DNA of 64,000 bases from Antedon mediterranea (Eukaryota > Animalia > Echinodermata). The translations under genes and the position numbers were made by a program. Where the stretch lies: contig NC_092674.1 of the NCBI RefSeq assembly GCF_964355755.1, positions 31,806,001-31,870,000 of the forward strand, written 5' to 3'. How positions within the stretch are numbered: the first letter of the stretch is position 1; every line of letters starts with the position of its first letter. Below the pieces are notes generated by a model that was not told the origin of the DNA, ran no database searches, and saw only the letters and a list, made by a program, of their open reading frames with translations. This document shows positions 23,731 through 36,600 of this stretch, one piece after another.

Positions 23731-24215
23731 TGCACCAGGGGCTATAGGACCTTTCTAGTGCATCAGTAACTATCAGACTTTCTGTAGTAGTGCACCAGGG
23801 GCTATAGGACCTTTCTAGTGCATCAGTAACTATATGACTTTCTGTAGTAGTGCACCAGTGGCTATAGGACCTTTCTAGTGCATCAGTAACTATATGACTT
23901 TCTGTAGTAGTGCACCAGGGGCTATAGGACCTTTCTAGTGCATCAGTAACTATATGACTTTCTGTAGTAGTGCACCAGTGGCTATAGAACCTTTCTAGTG
24001 CATCAGTAACTATATGACTTTCTGTAGTAGTGCACCAGTGGCTATAGAACCTTTCTAGTGCATCAGTAACTATATGACTTTCTGTAGTAGTGCACCAGTG
24101 GCTATAGAACCTTTCTAGTGTATCAGTAACTATCAGACTTTCTGTAGTAGTGCACCAGTGGCTATAGAACCTTTCTAGTGCATCAGTAAACTATCAGACT
24201 TTCTGTAGTCAGTGC
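23731..24215. repeat. 60-bp minisatellite, about 8 copies
   Basis: Unit TGCACCAGKGGCTATAGRACCTTTCTAGTGCATCAGTAACTATMWGACTTTCTGTAGTAG in register with the 60-nt lines. Confidence 0.97.
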
Positions 24216-24622
24216 TTATTCATCTAGTTGTACAACAGTGACAAGATTTTTTCTGCAATATTATGTAAAATTATTATATTATTTTTCTTTCATTATGCAG
24301 TTAGGCCTAGGCTATCCATCATTTCAGTTCTTCAGTGCACCTATAGGCCACCTATAGTGCACCATACAACAAAGTGACTATCTTTCCTGCAATCAGTTGC
24401 AATGACACCATATTTTGTGCGAGCAAGCTTTCAATGCTCTAAATCACATTTCTAAGTTATTTATTCCAAAACTTATTGCTATTTTAAAATTGCTTTTTTT
24501 TTTCTAATTTAATACATTTATAACCAACGTGGTCGTGTATAGTTTATTTATAAAGCCAAACACTATTGTAAACTACTGCAACTATGTTTCTTATTGTTGG
24601 AAGTATGAACTATATGGTAGTA

Positions 24623-27600
24623 TCATTTTAATAGGAGATAAAATGACCAGTACATTATATTAAATGTAATAAAGATGCAAGGAAAGAGTATCCTTGCCCA
24701 TTTATCAATGATATTAACATCTTTTATACCCGGAACCCTTATTCTTGGTCTCCGTTTATTTCTTTTTATAGGATTATTTATTTTTCTTGGACAATATACA
24801 ATGTTGTGGTTGGTCCGTCGACCATCAAGGCTTGTTTTGCGTCGATGTTTTAGGCCTAGTGTCGGTGTTCTACTTGGACCATCAAGTCCATTTAAGGTGT
24901 CCACATGAAATCCGGATTCCTCTTCTTCATCTTGCTGCTGTGAAAGACGTTTTCCTACACTTTGATTGGTCGGTATCTGTTGGGATAAAATGTTACGTCA
25001 TTCAGAAATAATTTGTTTTAATTAATTCTTAATTGTTCTTATCATAGTAACGAATGTTGTTTATTAAGTTTCTTTTTTTAATCTTTGTCTTTTTATTTAT
25101 TACTGTTTTTGTCTTGTTATGTATAGTGATAGGTTCCCGACACACCATTTTAAACTAGTGGGCACATAGTTAGTTATTTCTACTCTAGGCTAAATATTAC
25201 ATCATTTACATGCAAGTCGATCGCCATCATTTATTTGAATCTATTTATCTACACACATTTCTCATCTCCACATCGGTAATTTATTGTATTGTATTAGTAA
25301 AATTTCTAAAAAAATACTTGCTTCTGTATAATAACTATAATAGGTCGATCTTGGATTGGGTAAAATCTTTGTCTTCTCTTGTTGTTTTTTCTTTTTTTGT
25401 AGTGACCAATAACTAAAGTTGACAAGCGCGTATTCTAGGAGGGCAGCAAAGACAAAAGCGAAGCACGTGACCAGATAGATATCTATGGCTTTGATATATG
25501 AAATTCTTGGAAGTGTCTGACGGACGCTGATTGTTGTCATTGTTAATACAGTTGTGATACCTACAAAGATAAATGTTACAGATATCAAATATGTAGTTAT
25601 AATTCCACAAATATTATTGTTTAGAATACTTACAAACTGGCAATGTTGAGATCAGATTAATGTATCTAGAACAATAATATGGTTTACCCTTGATTTTAAG
25701 ATATTTTCAGGAAAGTAATATATAAGTTAGCGTTCAATAATAATTCTGTCAAAATGTCTAGTCTAGGCAATTAGCCATAATAATCGTAAACTAATTATTT
25801 AATTAAGATTATTCTTGTCATATATTTTTCCAATAATGTTTTATAAATAATATTTCTGATTGAGAAATTTACAAAATGTGTAAATATCTTTCTTGGTTTC
25901 ACTGAAGTGTACTTACTATTCCACACAAATTGTGAACGTTCATAATTATTAAGAAACATTTTCACCCAATACTCGGTGTATGTATACTTACTATTCCTCA
26001 CATTGTGAACGTTAATAATTATTAAGAAACATCTTCACCCAATACTCGGTGTATGTATACTTACTATTCCCCACACATTGTCAACGTTCATAATTATTAA
26101 GAAACATCTTCACCCAATACTCGGTGTAAGCACATGCACGAAACCATTTTTTGACTTTGCCAAATGATTATTTCATGCACTTCTGGTTAATATGAAGAAG
26201 CTCTGAAGTGTGTGGGTTAAGCTTAGATTAATGAAATAATGTGAAATTTTAATAGTTCCTTTTAGAAGATTTACCTACCATAGCATATTATGTAACAATA
26301 ATTACATAATGTTACATAGAAAGCTTTATAGTTTTACAAATCTAAAAGAAACATTTTTTAAAAAGAAAGTTTTAGTGATATGATGTTAGCCATGTTATTT
26401 AGTAATATTTTACCGAAATGAATCATTGTTGAGTTCATCCTTTGAAATAAAAACCAAAGCATTATCTGCATACTGTAGGCCTATGTTAACCCATTTAAAA
26501 ATCAAAATGACAGATAAATTGTGAATTAGTTAGCAAACTGTGCCACCACTTTAAATTAGTTATCGCGTATCCTTCAAGATATCAAAAATATCATTCAGAT
26601 TTATATTTTGATATAGTTAAATTATATATTTGCATAATTTATTTTACTAGATGATATATACTTGTATCTATGCTACGTGCTCTGGTCTTCACTTCATAAT
26701 GTTAAATAATAAGGATGTTAAAGATGAGTTTGCCTACTGAAATGTAATAGAACAAACACGCAACAGATAACACACATCTAAACAGATGAATAAGAATCAA
26801 TTGTTATTTAAATTTAGTATGAACCCCGCTACAAAATAAACATGATGCTGTTTCTTCATAAAATGGTGTATGACCTAATAAGCTCATGCAGCTGAGTGGT
26901 ACCGTTAGATTGCGCTTACCGAGGGCAACTCTAGCTGAGGTGGCTTCGTGGTTAATCCAAAAAGCAACCCACGACAATATGACGATCAGATTCGATGGAA
27001 GAAACGTTTGAAGGATGAAAAAACTTATATTTCTGCGCATCCGAAAAATTAAAGACAGGCGGGGGTACTGACCTGGATTTTGAAAGAAAAAAATATCTGT
27101 AACTTCATAAAACAAATGTTAACGACGATTCACCCGATCGTGTTACACCATTTTGATTTAAATATTAAAAACATTTTGGATTGCACGTGCGCGCCACAAA
27201 CGTAATTTAGCACTGACAACGCCATTTCAGCATTTCGCGACTTTACAACAAAAATATTTAATGAGTGTAACTCTTAGAAGGTGAATCGTCACAGCAATGT
27301 GTCGTCCTTACCAAGGGCAACCCTAGCGGCCGTAGCCTCATGGTTGATCCAGAATGCGACCCACGATAAGATTACAATCAGAGTACATGGTAGAAATGTT
27401 TGCAGTGCATGAGAGCCTATGTTACGACGCATCTGAAACGCTATGCTCAAACGCGAGTAATCACCTGAAAAGAGAGGTCAACCACTAATAACTTAACATG
27501 TTAACATTTTAATTTAACTCGCCTCTGAGTGTATCAATATACAAATTAATAATTTATAAAATTATATATAATCCGTATGTTGTGGAACACTGGTTTCGAG

Positions 27601-30600
27601 GGTTATTCTTTAATTCATTTAGTAAATACTATATTGACAATATGTTACTATACCTGTAGAAAAGTTTTGAACCTTAGCTTGAACACTATAATCAACTAAC
27701 GTAAACTGAGCCATGTCAATGTTCTCTGTACCTTCAATAGAGTTGTCACCGTACTCCCACCGATACATTATGTCTTCTGTTGTATACCCATCTAATACCA
27801 TAAAGAACAATGTATTCTTATCAATCAATCTAATTTCAAACTCTTTTCTTAAGGACCCCATTGGAAATAAGTCCTATAACTAGGACTTTCATGGGCTTTC
27901 CTTGCATCTCTAAATCTGATTTTTTATTTTACTTATTTAAATTGTATTATTAAAGATTTAGGCCTATTGTCCCTTGGAACACAGAAAAATGAAGGTCAAA
28001 ATATTCTAAATTTAAATTGGCCATATCAAAGTAATATTAAAGTTATTCACTTTAAGTCCAAAAACAACAAGTTTACGTAAGTAACAGGTAAATTAGTTTG
28101 ATTACATTTCGTCTGAAAAATCGTCGCGAGCTAAACTAAACAAAAATTTCAAACCACGAGTATGCATTATGCATATGCTAATTTGGATTGTTTACAACTC
28201 GTCACTGTTGAGAATGTGTTTTCACACAGATCGCGAGGGATTTATGATTTTATGATTATGCATACAGAGTAGCCAAACAAGCACGTTCCCATTATGGAAC
28301 ATGTTTTGATCGAAAACTTTGACTGGAAGTCAAAGTTATTTTTTGAACAAAAAAACGTCTGTGTTTTAGTTAAATGATTTTTTTTGGACTAATTTTTGGT
28401 GAAAGTTAATAACTATTATGAAACTTCAAAATGACCCACCCAGGGACAATACATCTTTAAATTGTAGTTAAGTACAAATAAAAGAGATTCAGTCAAAAAA
28501 GAATTTTAATAACAATGAAGGAACATTTTAAAAATGATTGTAATTATGTATGATATGTTTTTAGTAGACTAACTTTTAACTTGAATTTAATGTGTAATTA
28601 TGTATTTTCCCATGTCATGTATTTTGAGATGCAAATAAAACAAACCAAACTAAACCAAAACTGTGGTTGAAACAATTACAATTACAGAATTACTGTACTA
28701 ACAATTTATTTGTCGAAAACAAAATACAAAGATGGGCTTATGTTTAAATCTTGATGACTACCAAAAATCAGGTCAATCACTACATCAAGTCGAGTTTTCA
28801 AATCATTTTATAATCCTTCACATATACTTGCTTTTATATTTGTAACATGTGAACAACATTATTTACTTTATGATCTCAAACGTCATTGTCCAGTTAATTT
28901 GCTATTCCTTTCATCGTGTTTATATCAATACTTTCGTCCAAGCTTTTAGATAAAGATTAATTTAATTTGAAAATTATAAAATAATAGAATACTTTATGAT
29001 AGTTATAGTTTTAAAACATTTTATAAAATTAGAAAGCATCGCATTTGTAACGTGATTGCCTAAAGTCATCTCGTTTGAAAAACAACCATAATGTATGTCA
29101 TGTTGTGATTATGCGAACACTATAATAATAATACTTTTTATTTATCCTCCTAATACATTAAGTATGTCAGTTATTTTCTTAGAATCCATTACTTGACGTA
29201 ATGGATGAATGGATATGATATTGCATTCAGATTCAATAATCTTAACAATAGGTATACTTACAACTTTCAATTTCTAACGTACAGTTTTGTTCATCCATTG
29301 GATAATGTTGTAAGTCCATCATACACGATGCCACTGTTGTAATCCTAAAATAATCATATATATTAATGAATTAAATTACACAAATGTGACGCAACCATGA
29401 ATCATGTATCGATTGTCTTAACCAGGTGGAACATTCAGAAATCAGCTTATCATATGCATGTGGACTTTTTTGACATTCAATTAATCAATTATAAATTGTT
29501 CCATATAGGAAATGTAAAGACCGACCACTACGATAAAAAGCAATTGAACCGTTAGAAACATTCTCACATTAGTCATTAGATAGTAATTCTACATTGAACA
29601 GCATGTTAACATTTGGTTACTTAGTTTATTATAGACCATAGGAAAGGTAAAGACCGACCACTACGATAATAAAGCAATTGAACCGTTAGAAACATTCTCA
29701 CATTAGTCATTAGATAGTAATTCTACATTGAACAGCATGTTAACATTTGGTTACTTAGTTTATTATAGACCATAGGAAAGGTAAAGACCGACCACTACGA
29801 TAATAAAGCAATTGAACCGTTAGAAACATTCTCACATTAGTCATTAGATAGTAATTCTACATTGAACAGCATGTTAACATTTGGTTACTTAGTTTATTAT
29901 AGACCATAGGAAAGGTAAAGACCGACCACTACGATAATAAAGCAATTGAACCGTTAGAAACATTCTCACATTAGTCATTAGATATAGTAATTCTACATTG
30001 AACAGCATGTTAACATTTGGTTACTTAGTTTATTATAGACCATAGGAAAGGTAAAGACCGACCACTACGATAATAAAGCAATTGAACCGTTAGAAACATT
30101 CTAACACTCTCTTTCTCTGGAAACGTTTTCTGTCATTCCGACACGCTTTCCACGATTTGTTTCTATATTTCTCTGTTTTGGGCAGGATGGTTTGTTATTT
30201 TGATAATGGAGGTATAAAACTAATTTTATACCTCCATGTTGTAATAAGGTCTATATTTTTTATCTGGTTCATCCAGTTTTCTTTGGTAACCCTGGCGGTT
30301 TTTTTACTTTCTTTTCAGTTTCCTTCATTGCTTGTTTAATTGGCGTATCGTCTGGCGTATAGTATAATTATATGGCCATATAGTCCGGTGGCAGGAGGGG
30401 GGAATCACCACCCGAAAGGGGACAAATTGCCATCCAACTTTTCTAGACTAGAATTTTCCGTAGATTACGAATATGGAAGGTAATCGATCAGGATAGGAAG
30501 CGTTTTCGAGATATAAGGGGTCAAAGTTCAAAATTGACCAATTACAACAATGTATTATGTATATGTATTATAACAAATTTATTATGATGATTATAAGTGT

Positions 30601-33600
30601 CTATTCAATCACCTTATGAAAAAAAAATCCTTTGTGCTTAAGGGTCAAATGTCAATATTGGCCAATCATAGAACGTACCTATAAAACCAAATAAAAACTA
30701 ATATTTAATCAAAATTGGATTTTTTCCTGTTAATCAATCATACGCAACGTAAAAGAGCGAATACATCATTTCATCAGTTGAAATAAGGTCAATTTCATCA
30801 GTTGACATAAGGTCAAAGGTCAACATTTTAGTACGCGTATTAGTTAACAAATAAATGCAAAGTTGTCCAAACTATGATATTGATGGTTTTACAAGTAATC
30901 AAATTATTTGATTAGTAAAGTTATGTTATTTCATTATAATACTGTATTTAATCAAATCAGACTTCGATCAGGATAGGAAGCGAATAGGAAGAGATAAGGG
31001 GTCAAAGTTCAAAATTGACCAATTATAACAATGTATTATAACCAATTTATTAAAGTTCAATTTGGTCTTTCAATACATTTGTATGGTTATAGGTATTGTA
31101 TGGTGTTATTCAGTCGCCTTATAAAACAAATACTTCGCAATTAAAGGTCAAATGTCAATATTGACCAATCACACAATTTGCATTTAAAACCAAATAAAAA
31201 CTAACATTTAATACAAAATGTTATGTTTTATCATTCTGTTGAGACATCTATCAATCATACACAATCAAAAGAGCACATCTATCATTACACAAGTTGACAT
31301 GCGTCAAAGGTCAACATTTGAACAAATGATATACTAAATAATTAAAGTTATTCAAACTATGAGATCGATGTTCATAAATTTAATCACGTTATTTGATCAG
31401 TGAAGTTATGGTATTTTTATGTTTTTTCTAGTGCGCATTATTTTAAATGTATTAATATAATACTGTAAAATAAATAATAAAATTAATATTATGACGATTA
31501 AAATGTTATGATGTTAAAATGTTGCGCTATGACCAATGATTTGCCACTATACAGTTGCATTTATAAGGGCTACAATATTCGTTTTTGGAAAATAAACTAT
31601 TCATCAGAACCAGAGAATACATATTCGTGCAGGATAGGGAAGGCAGATCCAGGTGGCCAAACTCAATCCACAACTCACTACACAGACAGACCCCTATTTT
31701 TATATAGTTTGGCCCATACAGGAAAGAGTTTCCTGTATACAAGGATTCTAAAATAACCCATATGGATTTGCCCGAATGAACCCTCTAAGGACCCTTTTGG
31801 GATCTCTATGTGGTGTGCTTCTACATAAGGCCCTGTATTAGAAATTAGTATGGGGTAAATAGTTCATAGATGAACTATGGAATAAAACTAAATGTGCACC
31901 CTCAATCTTTAAATAACATTATTTATGGATTTGCCCAAATGGACCCAAGGCAGATTCTTCAGGGACCTTTCGGGGTTCTCTATGTGGGGCTACAAGAGAC
32001 CCTATATTGGAAATAATGTATGTGGGGTGAAAATGTGGGTTCATAGAGATATAATAAATATCCCTGTGCACCCTCGATCATCCATAAGGAACATTTTATG
32101 GATTTGCCCAAATTAACCCAAGGGCCGGTCGTTCTCCATGGATGGACATTAAGCTCCATAATGGAAATATAAGGGTTGACACTGTGAGTTCATATAGACA
32201 GGCGCGGCCCATGAATTAAGGTGCCTGTGCACTCTCGATCCTTAAGAAAAATTTATGGATTTGCTCAAATTAACCCAAGGGCCGGTCTTCCATGGACATT
32301 AAGTCCCATAATGGAAATATAATGGGTGACACTGTGGGTTTATATAGACAGGCAGAACCATGGAATAAAGCTGCCTGTGCACTCTCGATCCTTAAGGAAC
32401 ACTTATGGATTTGCCCAAATTAACCCAAGGGCCGGTCCTTCATGGATGGACATTAAGCCCCATAATGGAAATATAATGGGTGACACTGTGGGTTTATAAA
32501 GACAGGCACATGGAATAAAGCTGCCTGTGCACTCTCGATCCTTAAGGAACACTTATGGATTTGCCCAAATTAACCCCCAAAGGCCGGTCCTCCATGGATG
32601 GACATTAAGCTCCATAATGGACATATAACGGGTGACACTGTGGGTTCATAATAGACAGGCGGGGCCTATGGAATAAAGCTGCCTTGCACTCTCGATCCTT
32701 AAGGAACACTTATGGATTTGCCCAAATTAACCCAAGGGCCGGTCATCCATGGACATTAAGCCTCATAATGGAAATATAGGTGGTGACAATGTGGGTTTAT
32801 ATAGACAGGCACATGGAATAAAGCTGCCTGTGCACTCTCGATCCTTAAGGAACCGATTTGGATTTTGCCTAAAATGAAACAACAGCAGGTCATCTATTTA
32901 GACCCTTCTGTGGTTCTCTACTGTATGTTCAGTTCTACATTTGGCTCCTGTATCGGATCAATGCATTTGGCTACATAAGTTACTGTGTTACAAATATATC
33001 GGGTAACTATAACTGTAGGTTCCAATATTAAGCCATGGGAAAAGCCTGTCTGTGCACCCTCAATCTTTTTAAAAGGAACCCATATGGATTTGCCAAAATG
33101 AACCAACGGTAACTTCTGAATTCTCTATGAGCCGTAAATTTTGTTTATTGGAGATACATGGATACCTGATTGAAATTGCTCAAAAGAAAGACATTGTACT
33201 GTATAGTAATAGTATTATTCCCCTTCCACACCTCTTTGTATTAAATCCGCCCTGATAGGCTCTTATGTACAGGATTTCAAGGCAATAATCACACTTGTAT
33301 TTTTCAAACAGTATAATCTATTAGATTGAATAAAAATATCTATTATAAACAATTTGCCGTTAGAAATCTCTATGCCATGTCGTTATTTAGATGAGAAAAA
33401 CAGGTCAAAGGTTAAAATTACAGAAAAATAGGTGTTTCAGTCACTTTTGAAAAAAATGTTGCATTATGGCAAGTATAAACATATATATTGTGAACAATTT
33501 GACACCAAAATTGGCTCCTTACGACAAATATTTATTAATTTATGTTTTTATAACCTTATTCAATTATGTCAAAGGTTAATAACCACACTTCCGGTAATTT

Positions 33601-36600
33601 TCAAGCAATATCAACTGTTATACTGAATATAAATGTATATCTTGGGAACAATTTGCTCCTATTTTTAATTCTCTCCGACCTGCCGTTACTTAGATATAGC
33701 AAAAAGAGGTCAAAGGTCAAAATTGCTAACAATGGGGTTTCCGGTCAATTTTTCAAAGAAAGTTCTGTTAGAGCTAATATAAACATATACATTGTGAACA
33801 ATTTGACACCAAAATTATCTCACTACGTCCAGAATTTCCAGAGATATAGCATGTTTTTATATTGGTCAATTTTGAACTTTGACCCCTTATATCTCGAAAA
33901 CGCTTCCTATCCTGATCGATTACCTTCCATATTCGTAATCTACGGAAAATTCTGGTCTAGAAAAGTTGGATGGCAATTTGTCCCCTTTCTGGTGGTGATA
34001 TCCCCCCTCCTGCCACCGGACTAATACCATTTTAATCTTCTTCGATTAATTCTTTTACTCTATTCTTCTTGTCTAATTGTGTGTCATTAGATATATTAAT
34101 TCTACATTGATCAGCTTTTGGCTACTCGGTTATACCAATACAAGATACAACCTCAAATTTGACACAAACACAAAACATGCAAGTATAATAATACCTATAG
34201 TAATACCTTAACCCATATAAAATTGTTCCATCGTAATGTAGCCGAATGAGGCGGTTTTTAACCGTTATATCATGCACGAAAGACCTTTTGTCATTTACAA
34301 AGTATGTATCTGGAACCCATATATTATCTGCTTGTCTTCCATCCAGGGATATGTTGCCGAGCTCTTTTGTGTATTGTAGTCGTTTGTCTTGCCAGTACTG
34401 TCGGAAGTACATTGTGATTGTATATTCCTGTAAAAACAAAATATAACAAAATATAATTATGGTATTACTATGCAGTAGTAGTTTTATTAATTTTATTTAA
34501 CCTTGTTTTATAGTATTAAAGGTGACCCAGAATAAAGCACAGCAAAATTACAGAAAAATACAGACAAAATTATACTATAGTATAATAACAATGTTAAAAC
34601 AATAAAGATTTCAGGGTATGAACATGTTATTTATTGTAGGGAAACAAAATAAATATGGTATTTAAGTTATTATTTATGTATTTTAGGTACCGTACTGCCT
34701 CTGGACGATCTGGAGCTCGTGGGTTCTAGTTATCAAGTTAGTGAGTGGGAATTACGCCAGAGTATAGGGCAAAACAGCAATTACTATCGCTCCATTTATA
34801 TTAATGAATACGTACCTCTATTTACATTTATTCAGTTAAGTATGTTTTTCATTATCCAAAATTATCTGTTATGTTAATTTTCCTTGTTGTGAATAATAAT
34901 GAATATGGTATTATTTCATGGTTATATACAAGGTAGTCGGCAATATAACTACAATTAAAAAAATTAATGTATGTACGGTATTCAAGGATCAATATTTTTA
35001 ATTTGATATGTCTTGAACTGACAACATCGGGTAGCCTTACAGATTCTAAGGTTATAGTTTCATGTAACGCGACGCAAGTATAATTACGAAGATTCTCTCT
35101 GATTTGTTATTAATAACGTTATACTGTACATAATGCAGAAACGATGAAACTATCGTTCTTACCTCTAGTCACGTGCCTATGGGCGGCATAGATAACACAG
35201 CTTAATATCACAGCGAAATACATTGGAAACAATATCTAATTCATATTGGTATGCAAATTCCGTTGATAGTACATCTTATCGGGTAATTATATGTAACCAA
35301 TTATTCACCAAATCGATTATATTCAATTAAGTGCAGGATACTATAATCACTCCTAATGGTAATTTACTTGAATTGGTATCTACAATGAAAACCGCACCCT
35401 TACATCTCAATATTATTTAAATATTGGGCCACCCATCTTATGTAAACACGTGCTTTATGTAGTTCTATCAAAAATATCGATCTTTCACCCGATTCTTACG
35501 GTCATATCATCAGCAGATTCTTAAACAACGATTGCGATTATGTCATTTTTATGCTAAATATAAATGATTTAAAGGTGTATTATCCCCTAAAATCAAGAAA
35601 AATGAAGATTATTAAAATCAAACTTTGAATAGGCCATTTTGTAGTTTTAACAAAAGTAATTACTTCCGTAGAAAAAAGATATTTTCTTATAAAATGACAA
35701 AATAAATGGTCTAAATTCAACCAAAAACCTATTGGCTGGCAGCCAATTTTTCAGGTAAATAATTTTTTTTTCAATCCCATTTTTGGTCAAAGTGGATAAC
35801 TATTATGTGACATTAAAATGGTATATTCAACAACAAATATGTAGGCTAAAAAATTATTTTTCAGGGGGACAATACATATTTAAAACAAAAGTTTCTACTT
35901 ATATTTAAAAATTAAAAAAAACCAAATATAAAACGTCATGTGGCTCCAACATAAGGAATGGACATGAACTAATTATTAAAAAAAATAATTGGCAGAAGCC
36001 CTTTCGCAACACACAAATATTTGAGCCGATTTACAAGATGTTGCGGTAAAGACAAGATATTACCCGGGGCATGTTTGTACGAGAGCTGTAACTACAATTT
36101 AACCGATGCAATATTAAGCCTGTATTGGGTTTCAAATCAATCGAAATGTTCTTCTAACGAAATACCGCTGGCGATAGTTGAGATGATCATACTTAGGTAT
36201 ATATTGCTCGAACAATTTTGGTTGATAAAATGTTGAATAGTTACTATCCTTATACGAACATGTCGATGTATTTTTCTATTCAATATAGCATGTTATACGT
36301 ATAGTTATAATGATGATTAATGATAATTATGATAGGTATTATTACCGTCATGGTTATCATCTAAATAATTTAACACTACCACCTATGTCTTAATAGTGTA
36401 GGCTGGTATGTCGTTTATATGAATGTCGTGTATATTTTTTGTTAAAAGCAAACTTTGACTTTATTTCATATCTTGATAATATAAGGAATGAAAAAAAATA
36501 TGTTGCCATTTTTTCAAAAGACATTTAAAGGACCAAATTCAAGATGGCCACCAACATTCAAATAACCCTATTAAAAATCAGAATATCACCAATAATACAT

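Noticed and set aside
26920-27464. Duplicated exon as an assembly artefact or dead pseudo-exon
   Set aside because: Copies are strongly diverged at synonymous sites yet both open with intact splice sites and dissimilar flanking introns.
33566-34024. 152-aa ORF as a transposase
   Set aside because: Runs through the TIR of the Academ-like element with no catalytic motifs.
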